From positions 25,917 to 89,916 of IMG/VR virus record IMGVR_UViG_2597490230_000001: 64,000 bases of DNA; one strand, written 5' to 3'. The position numbers were made by a program, and so were the translations under genes. Positions 36,173 to 46,048 of this stretch are shown piece by piece; the first letter of the stretch is position 1; every line of letters starts with the position of its first letter. The notes below the pieces were generated by a model. That model had not been told where the DNA came from and searched no databases. It saw only the letters and a list, made by a program, of their open reading frames with translations. The DNA comes from a virus (Duplodnaviria > Heunggongvirae > Uroviricota > Caudoviricetes).

Positions 36173-38122
36173 TTACTTGTTGTGGCTTGGAACCATTCCC
36201 AGTTCCAATTTTTTAGCGCAGGTTTCACAGCAAGGTGTGCTACCTACGAATTCTGTCGTTGCTGCCTTTTTGAATGGAATTTTATCATGACACCAAGAAC
36301 AGGTGTTCATTTCATTCCACTGAGACAGCGTGACCTTCATCCCATTTTGAAGAGTTTTACGATACGTCAGAATTGGACGAACGTTACCCTTCGGTTTGTT
36401 AGCGTATTTGTTTGCAAAACACTGCAAACAGACACACTCTTTTTCTGACTCTGCATCAACTGGGAGTTCAGTCGAACATTCGATACACTCGAAGCGAAGT
36501 TCTCCCAGTTGAGGCTCCCCCTTTGATTGTGATTCCTTTGGTTCAATGCCGTCAATAAGACCGGCATCTACGCAGGCGTCACAGTAGGCGAAGTCACGGA
36601 ACACAGTGGCATCAGCCATGAAGTCGAAGGGGATTGGAGAGCCACAATTTCCGCAGGAATTTAAACAATCGTGTCTCTCCCACTCCTTTTTTGTGTAGAC
36701 GCTACCATCTCTGGTTACGTCCATTTCGTTACCGTCTGATTCCTCTTCTTCCATTTCTGGGTCTTGAGGGACGTCAACATCATCAGGAGTGTGTGTCTGA
36801 GCAATCAGCGCAGTTCCACGAACAGTTGATGTAATGATATGTTCCATTTCATCATCTTCATCAAAATCATCATCCAAAGGAATTGGAGTGACTTTGACAG
36901 TTTCGTCACGAACATCGCTGACAATCAGAGTCAGAATGTAGTTGGCTTCATAAGCCGAGATAACTTTACCAGAGTACAGTTGCTCACCGCCATAGATGTT
37001 TTTATCAACACCATGACCCTGAACTTCGATGTACTCACCTTCACCAATCCAGCCGGTCAGTTGACCACGCTCAGGATTTTTCGGATACGGTTCGAACTGG
37101 AACGCTTCGAACTTAATACGGTCGCCGATTACAGCATCAACACCGTGGCCCTGAAGCATCTCATTTAACTGATGATGCTTTTCGAGCGTGGCTCTCATCT
37201 CTGATGTTTGATGAGTGTTGCTAGAAACGCGGCTTGGATAGCTGTTAGCCCCGTGCGCATTTCGGCTGGCTCGCCAATCGTAGTCGTCGTAGTCGTCGTC
37301 ATACGAGTTATAACCGCCCGTATTCCAGTTGCGATAGTTGTAAGAATAGGTGGAGCGAAAGGTTGGAAGCTCATGCTTCACCTCCTCCCTAAACTTCAGC
37401 CCATCGGCGGTATCAAAGATATACTGAACACCAACTTCGAGTTCAAACTCTTTTTCAATCGTCGGATTGAACTTCCGGCGAGACATAATCCATTTAATCA
37501 TGTCTTTTTCGGAAGCACCATACCAGTCACCGGTATTGGTTTTCATCATGTAGAAAGGACGCTCATCGTTTCGGATGAAGTTCAGAGTGTTCTCTTTAGC
37601 ATCATGCCAAACCAGAACGAATGCACCATGCAATTTCTTGATGGTTTCAGCGATACCGATTGTAGCAATCGAATAGCAGACGTTTTCACTGTCTACTTCG
37701 AAACGCTTGTGGTCTGGTAACAAGGACTGGTCAACCAGTGAACCGTTGTGAACCAGGGTGATATGCTCATGTTGGAAAGGGTGAGCGTTTTTGTCGTTAA
37801 CCGCACCGGCAGTTGCATAACGGTTGTGACCAACCATGAACTTCGGATTGATTGAAGACGTCGTTGTTGCCTTCGTAACCGGATTAACATTTTTGGTTTT
37901 GTGTTCTTTAACATCATCCCAGATTTGGGAACGAACAAACATGTCACCTGGGATTGCTTTCTTTGCAACCTTAATGAAAGCTTGTTCATTATACGGCTTG
38001 TAATAAGCCATGACGCCAGTTGAGTGCTCACCACGGAAAGTGTCAGCAAACAACATGTTTTCAAAACGTTCGATATTAGCCGACGAAAGTGTCACGCCGC
38101 CCACAAATACGATTCCACACAT
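36173..38122 (-). CDS. class II glutamine amidotransferase (Ntn, N-terminal Cys) fused to a long Cys-rich C-terminal region
   Basis: MCGIVF start, GHNRYATAG...NAHPF and LVHNG motifs; C-terminus carries more than six CxxC pairs. Confidence 0.7.
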   Translation of the reverse strand: MCGIVFVGGVTLSSANIERFENMLFADTFRGEHSTGVMAYYKPYNEQAFIKVAKKAIPGDMFVRSQIWDDVKEHKTKNVNPVTKATTTSSINPKFMVGHNRYATAGAVNDKNAHPFQHEHITLVHNGSLVDQSLLPDHKRFEVDSENVCYSIATIGIAETIKKLHGAFVLVWHDAKENTLNFIRNDERPFYMMKTNTGDWYGASEKDMIKWIMSRRKFNPTIEKEFELEVGVQYIFDTADGLKFREEVKHELPTFRSTYSYNYRNWNTGGYNSYDDDYDDYDWRASRNAHGANSYPSRVSSNTHQTSEMRATLEKHHQLNEMLQGHGVDAVIGDRIKFEAFQFEPYPKNPERGQLTGWIGEGEYIEVQGHGVDKNIYGGEQLYSGKVISAYEANYILTLIVSDVRDETVKVTPIPLDDDFDEDDEMEHIITSTVRGTALIAQTHTPDDVDVPQDPEMEEEESDGNEMDVTRDGSVYTKKEWERHDCLNSCGNCGSPIPFDFMADATVFRDFAYCDACVDAGLIDGIEPKESQSKGEPQLGELRFECIECSTELPVDAESEKECVCLQCFANKYANKPKGNVRPILTYRKTLQNGMKVTLSQWNEMNTCSWCHDKIPFKKAATTEFVGSTPCCETCAKKLELGMVPSHNK

Positions 38123-38189
38123 GGGAAAGTTTCCTCTTGAAACATTTAAAGAAGGGGCTTTATGCCCCTATGATGGACGATAGTTCGTC

Positions 38190-39893
38190 TCAGAAGTTGG
38201 CTGTATCTTCGTCGTCTTCTTCGTCGTAACCTTCGTACTCTTCATCATCGTCTTCAAAAGAAGCGCGACGAGGAACAGGTTGAGGTGCGTTACGATTTGA
38301 GTAGAACTCACGATACAACTGGCGGTGTTGACTTGGCAATTGACGTGGAACGAACCAGTCAGATTCAAAAGTAATGCCAACTTCGCGGCACTTCTCTTGC
38401 AGTTCAGCCAACCATTCGAATGTGATTACATCCGGGGCGTTATCAGGGAACAGCCACATGCCGTCAGTTTTACGACGAAGTTCGCGCTGAAGGTGGTTCA
38501 CGTATGGCGATTCAACCGTCACACGCATACGGCGCGATGTATCATCAGTTTCGTTACGAACATTGTGGACGTAAACATTACGACGACGACACTTAGCCAG
38601 AGAAACCACATCGTGAGCCAGCTTATAACCAATCTCCATGTCTTGCTCAAAGTCCGGTAAGACTTTAGGCAGACCTTTGCGAATCGCTTGGTGAAGCGGA
38701 ATCGTCATGAGATATTCGATGAACGATGAATCATCGCCCTCGAAGTTCATTGCCAACTCTTTCAGTGAGAGGAAGCGGTTAACCAGTCGAATCAAGCGAC
38801 CTTTACGCCACTTAGCTTCACTGATGCGGAACTCAATGGAACCGAAGCTCTGCATTGGCAGCAAGTTCAAGGACGTGTACTTGTCCCAGTTTGAAGCGAT
38901 GCTACGCATGAAGTTCTGGTCGTCTTGTTCCCACGCACGAGCCAGAATAGCCAACTGGTCTTGGGCAAAGCCCAAAGCAACACAGAAGTTATTCTTGTAA
39001 CGATGCCACCCTGAACATTTGAACAGGATACGCTCGTAAACAATGTACGCCAGAATCATTCGCTTCAACTGCGGAGCAGTCATGTTACGAACGTCTACGT
39101 GGACGTGAGTTGAACAACGCCAAGACTCATCCGGAGAGTTCGTGAACAGGAAGCTGTCGATTTCAATCGCAGCATTGTACAGGTCGCGTCCGCCCCACGG
39201 AGATGAGCAGACAAATTCCATTCCGGAATTACGCAGAGAACCATCTGACTTAGCTTCCCAATATTGGAAGTTAGGGGGGTTGGAGGTCATGTTCTCCAAC
39301 TCAATCTCAACCCCAGCGAGATTCTGACCCACAATCAGTGGGTGACTCTCAATTGTCGGATACGACGCTCGTTGTCCAAAAACCTGAGCAACAGTAACCA
39401 TATTATTATCAACCTCTACGTTACCAGATATGAAGTTTTCCTGATTAACACTTCCAAAGCTTCCGTTGCCTTGGCGAGGGTGGTCTTCATCAGACCAGTG
39501 ATAGCCACCACCAACAGCACCAGGTGCATCATCAATTGGCTCTGCGTGGTCGGCTTGGAAGGGGTTGGGAACTAAGCCACCAGAACCCCCACCAAAAGCG
39601 TGTGCAAATTGGGCATAGCGACTGATTCCACCGTTAGTACGTGAACGTGATGAGACAGTCTGAACTGTACGTTGACCGGATTCAGCTTCTGCCCTCATAC
39701 GCTCTTGACGTTCTTGGATTCGAGCCAAATCCCTGTCCCACATTGCCTGCCACTCATTTACCGCCCTTGTGGCATCTTCTGTTGGCGGGGCAGGTGTTGG
39801 AGCAGAAGCCTCACGAGCCTCTGCTTCTAAACGAGTCCGGTCATTTTCAGACCGGATATGAGCCATTAACTCGTCGAAACTACGGTTTGGCAT
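38190..39893 (-). CDS. amidoligase (COOH-NH2 ligase, Amidoligase_2-like) with long N-terminal low-complexity extension
   Basis: GVEIELE...DGSLRNSGMEFVCSSP...WRCSTHVHVDV motif block. Confidence 0.5.
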   Translation of the reverse strand: MPNRSFDELMAHIRSENDRTRLEAEAREASAPTPAPPTEDATRAVNEWQAMWDRDLARIQERQERMRAEAESGQRTVQTVSSRSRTNGGISRYAQFAHAFGGGSGGLVPNPFQADHAEPIDDAPGAVGGGYHWSDEDHPRQGNGSFGSVNQENFISGNVEVDNNMVTVAQVFGQRASYPTIESHPLIVGQNLAGVEIELENMTSNPPNFQYWEAKSDGSLRNSGMEFVCSSPWGGRDLYNAAIEIDSFLFTNSPDESWRCSTHVHVDVRNMTAPQLKRMILAYIVYERILFKCSGWHRYKNNFCVALGFAQDQLAILARAWEQDDQNFMRSIASNWDKYTSLNLLPMQSFGSIEFRISEAKWRKGRLIRLVNRFLSLKELAMNFEGDDSSFIEYLMTIPLHQAIRKGLPKVLPDFEQDMEIGYKLAHDVVSLAKCRRRNVYVHNVRNETDDTSRRMRVTVESPYVNHLQRELRRKTDGMWLFPDNAPDVITFEWLAELQEKCREVGITFESDWFVPRQLPSQHRQLYREFYSNRNAPQPVPRRASFEDDDEEYEGYDEEDDEDTANF

Positions 39894-40471
39894 TCTGGGT
39901 ACTCCTGACTCACTGAACGAAGCAAATGAGCCGCCTCTGGGAACAGCTCAATGCCTTCCCCAACGAACTTACCGATGTACACGTCTTTGTAACGCAAATC
40001 ATCGTCAGTTTTAAGGAAGACGTTGCCAGACACTTCCGGATACTTGCGTTCACTGAAGAACTCAGCGATTGTATCCCAATCGAACACTGGCATTCCGCAA
40101 ACACGGCGACTTGTCAGACCTTTCTTGGTCGAACGGTTCGCACGATACGAAACCCAATAGTAACGATTACGCCACTTAATGTAGCGAGAGTCTGGAAGTT
40201 CCAGAACCAACTTCTCGTCAGTGTGAGGAACTGAACGGTTTTCGTAATTACCGTTCGGATAACGAACTGTTCCGTGGAACACCAGAGCATCCAGTGCATC
40301 ATCAGAGAAACCCAAAGTCTCACGGTCAGATGCACTCATTGCTCGCAGGTTCATCACATTGTTATCGTGAGTTACCGCTTCAATTTGAAACGGCAACAAA
40401 CCATGTTCAGGGTCACGATAACCGACGTAAGTCGAACAGTAATACATTCCGAAATCGTCGGATAAAGCCAT
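39866..40471 (-). CDS. hypothetical protein in the amidoligase cluster
   Basis: 201 aa ORF. Confidence 0.5.
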   Translation of the reverse strand: MALSDDFGMYYCSTYVGYRDPEHGLLPFQIEAVTHDNNVMNLRAMSASDRETLGFSDDALDALVFHGTVRYPNGNYENRSVPHTDEKLVLELPDSRYIKWRNRYYWVSYRANRSTKKGLTSRRVCGMPVFDWDTIAEFFSERKYPEVSGNVFLKTDDDLRYKDVYIGKFVGEGIELFPEAAHLLRSVSQEYPECQTVVSTS

Positions 40472-40481
40472 CTTGTGCTCC

Positions 40482-41285
40482 TTAGCAGATGTTCAACATA
40501 CGGATGAACTGTTCCGCCATGTGTTTGTCATTGTTGTTGATTGCTTTCTGAATATCTTCAGGGTTAACAATCGACACCATCTCCATGTAATCACCCTGAG
40601 ACATGTCGAACGCTTTATGAGCCTGTTCCCAAGCCCAGCGACGATTGTCGTCATTGGCAATCCAGAAGTTAGACAGAACACGATATTCAATACCGTACTC
40701 TTTGAAACGGCAAGCACCTGCTTTGCCATACAGCTCTTTACGACGGTCGTCTCCGTCCAGAAGAAGTGCAGGCAGACCCAGATAGTAATCACACATTACG
40801 CCCATAACCTTCTGAAGTTCAGAAGTCACAGGAACCACACCGCTTACGCCAATGTGGATGTGACCACCTGCTGTACGGAGGCCTGGGTCAGCAGCAGCCG
40901 GTTTAGGGTTACGCATACCAGTCAGAGCATTGTAATCCGGCTCACAACCGAATACGAATGCGTCTTTGTGGAATGATAATAACTCTTCCGGCGTGAAGAT
41001 ATGAGAGCTCACACCGAGAATAACTTCGTGACCAACTTCTGCAACAGCTTCTTGACATAAGTCAATACCGCGCTTAATGTTGTTATTGAAGCCGTCAAAA
41101 TCACCATGCGGGTTGGTATCAAACTCAACCAGCACGTTATCTTCCTGAATACGAATGTCGTCCGTGACTACCTTTTTGTTGTACTTGTCCGCTCCCAGCA
41201 GACCTGCAACTGAACTGATAAGTTTGCTGCTCACATTACGAGTAAACAGTTCCGGGTCAGTTGCCAACAAAATGACTTTAGACAT
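40482..41285 (-). CDS. second amidoligase-like protein (putative)
   Basis: VEFDTNPHGD...AGGHIHIGV block resembling the THVHV motif of the 567-aa neighbour. Confidence 0.35.
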   Translation of the reverse strand: MSKVILLATDPELFTRNVSSKLISSVAGLLGADKYNKKVVTDDIRIQEDNVLVEFDTNPHGDFDGFNNNIKRGIDLCQEAVAEVGHEVILGVSSHIFTPEELLSFHKDAFVFGCEPDYNALTGMRNPKPAAADPGLRTAGGHIHIGVSGVVPVTSELQKVMGVMCDYYLGLPALLLDGDDRRKELYGKAGACRFKEYGIEYRVLSNFWIANDDNRRWAWEQAHKAFDMSQGDYMEMVSIVNPEDIQKAINNNDKHMAEQFIRMLNIC

Positions 41286-41299
41286 TTCTATATCCTTAA

Positions 41300-42373
41300 T
41301 TAAAGACGTGGTGGAATGTTGTTATCGGTACAGAATTGAGCAAGACGCTCAATAAGAAGCTCAGCCTTCTCATCGCTTAAGCTCTCCTGTAGATATGTGA
41401 TATCATCTAAGAAAAACTTAAACCCAAGAACACTGTTCCATTGTTGAATTTCTTCATCAATGGGAACATCCCCTGGAATACTGAACACATCAATCATATG
41501 CCAGTATTTACGAGGACACATTGGTACTCGGTCTTCACGACCCCAGTTTTGAAGCTCAGCAGCAACATCGCGGCTCTTCGTCGTGAAGTTCCAAAGGAAC
41601 CCTTCATAACGTTCGTCGAACCAGATTTCGTTTCTGCGGAACCACTCTTCGCGGAAGTAGCCCTTAGACTCACTCCACTTGTGCTGCTTCCACCGGAAAG
41701 CTTCCAGATTCTGACTCATAAGGTTCAGGAACCCTTGACGACCCAGCGTATCAGGACTACACCAGTTATATTCACCGGTTTGTGTGTTCTGAATTACAGC
41801 TTTAGGAGCACGACCGAAAGTACCCGGCATCACATCAATGTAAACCATGTGAGCCACAACAGCCGCGAAACGAGGACGATAACCTTTATTCAGTAACCAA
41901 CGATAACCCATTGCGAAGTTACCGTATTGAGCTAAGTTACGGAAAAGGTAGAGAGCCAACATGATTTGGTCGGCAGTGTGGTCTTTGATATGCACACGAA
42001 TGCCGCCGATGAGGGGGTGGACAGTTACAAGACCCGCCAGCATTGGCAAGTCTTCAACCAAGTCCTTCATCATGTTCAGGAAGTTACGATTTGCGGTTTT
42101 ACGAGCATCGGTTCGAGATACGTCGCTAGGCCAGTCACGAGTCGAATAATCAGACTGGTCGTAGCACCAAATCGGATGAATCCCATGAAGAGAGTCATAC
42201 AAAATGAACGCATGGTCAGAACCCTCACGGTCTAACAGACTGTGTACGTTGCTTCCAGAGAAGCTGTACGGTCTCTGCTCATGCCAACGGGCGTTTCCCA
42301 TAACCCCGAAGCAAATGGATTCGTTTGAAAAACGGTTCCCATCCTTGAAAACCACACTGTAACGTACTGACAT
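41300..42373 (-). CDS. hypothetical protein, paralog of 42375..43286 (candidate base-modification transferase)
   Basis: Shared pattern M..L(F)RNL..Y..F...Y..L..G...PFA.V.A..Y between the two adjacent ORFs. Confidence 0.4.
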   Translation of the reverse strand: MSVRYSVVFKDGNRFSNESICFGVMGNARWHEQRPYSFSGSNVHSLLDREGSDHAFILYDSLHGIHPIWCYDQSDYSTRDWPSDVSRTDARKTANRNFLNMMKDLVEDLPMLAGLVTVHPLIGGIRVHIKDHTADQIMLALYLFRNLAQYGNFAMGYRWLLNKGYRPRFAAVVAHMVYIDVMPGTFGRAPKAVIQNTQTGEYNWCSPDTLGRQGFLNLMSQNLEAFRWKQHKWSESKGYFREEWFRRNEIWFDERYEGFLWNFTTKSRDVAAELQNWGREDRVPMCPRKYWHMIDVFSIPGDVPIDEEIQQWNSVLGFKFFLDDITYLQESLSDEKAELLIERLAQFCTDNNIPPRL

Positions 42374-42374
42374 T

Positions 42375-43286
42375 TTATTCCCCTTTATTATCTTTCAGTA
42401 CTTTCTCCCACACCGCCTGAGCAAGCTTCAGGAATTCACTTTCAACAAAGCGATGATGGTTTCCAAAACTGTTGTTGATAGTCAACAGTTCAGTTTTATC
42501 CCAATCTTCCGGGATGTTTTCCAGAGACGTTAACATCGTTGTATCAGTCAGAGTACAACGACGACCGGTACGTGGGTTAACAGGAGCAGAACCGTCCCCA
42601 TAGTTACCATAACGACCGTAGCCTTGCTCAGTGTCACCGAACACACCCTGGTAGATGTGGCCTGTTTCACCTTCGAGCATGTTGATTAAATCAGCGACAG
42701 TTACTTCGTCACCAAATACACACTCGTCTCCACCTGAACCCTGCCAGAACGAGAATTCAGACGAGCCGAAGCTCTTGTTGCACTGATACGTCATTGCCAT
42801 AACAAAAGCAAACGGAACTTCAAAACCACCGGCACGGAGGATGTTGTACGAATTACCGAATGAGCTATACTCAATCAGGTTGCGCAGCATCATCGCACCC
42901 ATCACAGTAGTTTGCATGTTTTGGTCAGCCAGTGGGATATAAATGTCACCGGTATCAAAACCGCCAAGTTCCAGACCTGGATAACTTTCGTCTTCATCCA
43001 GAATCTTAAACCCGCTGAAATACTGCGGGAATGCTGCCAGAATTTCTGGAAGCTCTTTGTTAATCAGTGGGGTTCCATCACACCCAGATGGACCAGGCGA
43101 CCAAACCATATGGCTTAACTCACCAGAAGAGAAACCACTGAGAGGACCGGCTACATACTCGTCCTCTTCGTCGTCCCACTGTTCGTTATCTTCATCCCAC
43201 TGTTCGATGTAGGATAAAAATCCAAAGCAAGGTTTTGCAAACTCTTCGCTCGCACCTCGCTTATTAAACACCGTAGCCATTACCAT
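42375..43286 (-). CDS. hypothetical protein, paralog of 41300..42373
   Basis: See the paralog entry; acidic N-terminus. Confidence 0.4.
   Translation of the reverse strand: MVMATVFNKRGASEEFAKPCFGFLSYIEQWDEDNEQWDDEEDEYVAGPLSGFSSGELSHMVWSPGPSGCDGTPLINKELPEILAAFPQYFSGFKILDEDESYPGLELGGFDTGDIYIPLADQNMQTTVMGAMMLRNLIEYSSFGNSYNILRAGGFEVPFAFVMAMTYQCNKSFGSSEFSFWQGSGGDECVFGDEVTVADLINMLEGETGHIYQGVFGDTEQGYGRYGNYGDGSAPVNPRTGRRCTLTDTTMLTSLENIPEDWDKTELLTINNSFGNHHRFVESEFLKLAQAVWEKVLKDNKGE
42899..42911 (-). repeat. copy of co-oriented 13-bp motif (ACTACTGTGATGG)
   Basis: Plus strand ccatcacagtagt. Confidence 0.55.
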
Positions 43287-43362
43287 TGCATTGTTACCTC
43301 TTTAGTAAGATTCATCAAGAGCCCCTCCCGAAGGAGAGGCGCTTTGAGTATCCGACTAATTA

Positions 43363-43758
43363 TTAGTTAGCCGCTTCTTTTGCTTTGGCTTCTTCCCAAG
43401 CCGCATCCAGTGCCAGAACTTTGCCGTTCTGAGCATCGATGAATTGGGCGAACTGGGTGCGCTGGTATTTGTAACCCAGAGCATCGACCAGCAGTTCGGT
43501 GTACTGCTGAGCCAGGAAGTTACGCGCCGCAATCAGAGCTTTCTGGCCGTGACCGGATTTACCGACACGAATCGCAGCGTTCAGCTCTTGCAGGTTTTTG
43601 GAAATCTGCTTACGCAGGATTTTCGCAGCGGTCACTTCGATGTTGAAACGGAAGCGGTCTTTACGGGCGCGGGTCAGGATGGAACCCTCCTGCTTAACAA
43701 CTTCACCCAGAGCAACAGCAGCAGTGATAACAATCTTAGCAGTAGTGGTAGTAGTCAT
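43363..43758 (-). CDS. hypothetical protein
   Basis: 131 aa ORF. Confidence 0.5.
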   Translation of the reverse strand: MTTTTTAKIVITAAVALGEVVKQEGSILTRARKDRFRFNIEVTAAKILRKQISKNLQELNAAIRVGKSGHGQKALIAARNFLAQQYTELLVDALGYKYQRTQFAQFIDAQNGKVLALDAAWEEAKAKEAAN

Positions 43759-44042
43759 GATTAAATACCTTTTATCGATTTGATTTGGATTGGGAAGATT
43801 TTACTACAGTTTCAAACGGTACTGCCGGGCAATTAGCCCAGCAGGTTGTCGAAGAACGCTTTCACTTTGGAGATTTTAGCGCCTTCAGCTTCGCACTCAG
43901 ATACTTTCTGCTGTGCTTTAGCCAGCTCTTCATTGTTGAAGTTTTCCGCAGCCTGGAGTTCTTCCTGAGCTTTGGTGAAAGTTTTCATTGCAGATGCGAA
44001 AGTCGGTTTACCAGTGATGCCTGTCAACATTGTTGTACCCTC

Positions 44043-44300
44043 TTAGATTTTAGCAGTTAATTCGACGACTGATGCCGCCTGGAAAGTTGAAGAAGAGTGA
44101 ATGTGTGGCTGAACCACAACACCGTTGCTCAGGTCAACCAAACTGAAGGTGGAGGAATGAGAGCCTTCAAACTTGATTTTCATGAACATTGTTTCAGACA
44201 AGATTGTATCCTGTCTTGTTTTCATGCGGACAACTTCACCGCACTTCACTTCGTTAAAACTAACCCAGGGGTTTCCCCCTGAGTCAATCGCAATTTTCAT
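44043..44300 (-). CDS. small hypothetical protein, paralog of 44977..45204
   Basis: MKIAIDSGGNPWVSFNEVKCGEVV vs MKIAPKPKARIEFKEVNCGEVF. Confidence 0.45.
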   Translation of the reverse strand: MKIAIDSGGNPWVSFNEVKCGEVVRMKTRQDTILSETMFMKIKFEGSHSSTFSLVDLSNGVVVQPHIHSSSTFQAASVVELTAKI

Positions 44301-44304
44301 ATTC

Positions 44305-44727
44305 CTATTCTCGCAAGAAATAATGGTTTCCGTACTTATATGCACGTTTACCTTTTGCCCAGTATGGTTTGTCACTTCCGCTGTAGAAGTGAATATAACG
44401 ATACTTAGGGGTGTAACCGGGCTTCATTACTTTGTACGCTATCTGAGCGGCTTGGAAGTACGCATGACGTTCCTTGTCACCAAACTTTCGCTCAGCGAAC
44501 ACCTTCTCTTGATAACGTAACAAACCATTGAAGTCTTTGGATTTAAGGCGTTTAGTCCAATTGAACTGATTGGGCTGTAGAACAACTTTACAAATGTCAT
44601 TCGGGTACTTTTTATTGTGTACACGAGTAACCACTGTATCAGCGATTAACTCCATACCCTTAGTACCTTCGCCTCCGGCCTCCGTATAAATGTTAAGAGT
44701 GAGTGCTAACCAGCACACTAAAAAGCT
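44305..44727 (-). CDS. cell-wall hydrolase (SleB/Hydrolase_2 family) with N-terminal signal-like segment
   Basis: NIYTEAGGEG...IADTVVTRV...VVLQPNQF motif; hydrophobic N-terminus MSFLVCWLALTL. Confidence 0.6.
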   Translation of the reverse strand, partial: SFLVCWLALTLNIYTEAGGEGTKGMELIADTVVTRVHNKKYPNDICKVVLQPNQFNWTKRLKSKDFNGLLRYQEKVFAERKFGDKERHAYFQAAQIAYKVMKPGYTPKYRYIHFYSGSDKPYWAKGKRAYKYGNHYFLRE

Positions 44728-44976
44728 CATCGGGGATTGACTCTCCTTATAGCCGCCATTGAGTTTAAAAAAGGACTCTGTTTCCAGAGCCAAACTTTAA
44801 AGCCAATGTAAACTGTGGATAACCTATTCTCTTTACTCTATTCGGCGGATGTTTGAGCAGTTGCTCGCCCTAGCACCGAAGCCATACGGCAATTGTTTAA
44901 AAAGATTAGGTTAGTGAGTTACCCTGTTAAAATAACTCCAATAGCCCACTCGGGAGTAGGCTATAAGTGTTACTTA

Positions 44977-45204
44977 TTAAAACGTAACAGTTGCATCAGG
45001 CCAGGTCATAACTTTTTGACAATCAGCCCACCAATGTCCACTGCCGGTTGCTAAGGAAACCGCATTTACATTGGATTCACTTTCAGAATCCCTCATTGGT
45101 GGTGTTTTCATGTAAGTCAACGTTGAGCCGTCAACAGTAAACACTTCTCCACAGTTGACCTCTTTAAATTCAATACGAGCTTTAGGCTTTGGTGCGATTT
45201 TCAT
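44977..45204 (-). CDS. small hypothetical protein (paralog of 44043..44300)
   Basis: See the paralog entry. Confidence 0.45.
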   Translation of the reverse strand: MKIAPKPKARIEFKEVNCGEVFTVDGSTLTYMKTPPMRDSESESNVNAVSLATGSGHWWADCQKVMTWPDATVTF

Positions 45205-45653
45205 TTAACCTCCATACGAGGGCAGTATTTATCTTTGTACCCTGACCACATTGTTGCAACCCAGCTTTTCTTTTTGATTTTCTTAGGTTTCTTTCTGAAG
45301 ATGAGATTCCTAATAAAAATCAGAACTGTTGCTATAGTCCAAGAAACAGCCCACAACCCACAAACCACTGTGAGGACTAACCCAGCACCAGCAAAAGGCG
45401 CAGCGTAGTATTTCCAGGTTGGAATCAACTCCCAATGTCGGAATACGTGTTCCGTTTCACTCAGAGGCAAAGTTCCAATAAGTGATGCAATGAATAACAC
45501 TACAAGGACAACCAGGATTATCAGCACAAAGTGCTTAACAGTTTTCCAGAAGTATGGGCAGAAGTTAGTCTGTTCATCCCACCACCAATCTGGTTGGTCA
45601 GACACTGCTTTGTTGAATCGGTGAATCCAACTATTCTTGTTGATTTCAATCAT
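45201..45653 (-). CDS. membrane protein (two or more TM helices)
   Basis: Hydrophobic stretches HFVLIILVVLVVLFIASLIG and GAGLVLTVVCGLWAVSWTIATVLIFI. Confidence 0.5.
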   Translation of the reverse strand: MIEINKNSWIHRFNKAVSDQPDWWWDEQTNFCPYFWKTVKHFVLIILVVLVVLFIASLIGTLPLSETEHVFRHWELIPTWKYYAAPFAGAGLVLTVVCGLWAVSWTIATVLIFIRNLIFRKKPKKIKKKSWVATMWSGYKDKYCPRMEVK

Positions 45654-45656
45654 AAA

Positions 45657-45851
45657 TCATCCAAAAGCAAGGAGGTCAACAGTGTGACGGATACGCTGCA
45701 TATTCTTTCCATCATAGGCTTCACGCTTTACAGCAAGTTCAGCAGCATCTTTGGCATAGACTGGATAGTCTTCATAGCTGAATGTGTCAGTTACAACAAG
45801 CATGTATTGCTTACCATCAGCCAGTCCACGAGAAATCCATTCAGACATCAT
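45657..45851 (-). CDS. hypothetical protein
   Basis: 64 aa ORF directly downstream of a promoter-like motif. Confidence 0.45.
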   Translation of the reverse strand: MMSEWISRGLADGKQYMLVVTDTFSYEDYPVYAKDAAELAVKREAYDGKNMQRIRHTVDLLAFG

Positions 45852-45862
45852 AAAGAATACCT

Positions 45863-45884
45863 CTTATATTATGTGGATTTACTG
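45863..45884 (-). promoter_or_regulatory. conserved promoter-like motif CAGTAAATCCACATAATATAAG
   Basis: Immediately upstream of a GAGGT RBS and the ATG of 45657..45851. Confidence 0.45.
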
Positions 45885-46048
45885 ATTGAGTCCCCAGATG
45901 ATTCCCTGAATCAATCCGAATATACAACCAGTAATAGCAATTGATACTGCTGAGTTTGGGAGACCAACCATGTACAAGATAAATGTCATGAACAAGGTAA
46001 CACCAAAAGTTGCAACAGAGGAATAACCAAACAATCTGCAAGCAGTTA

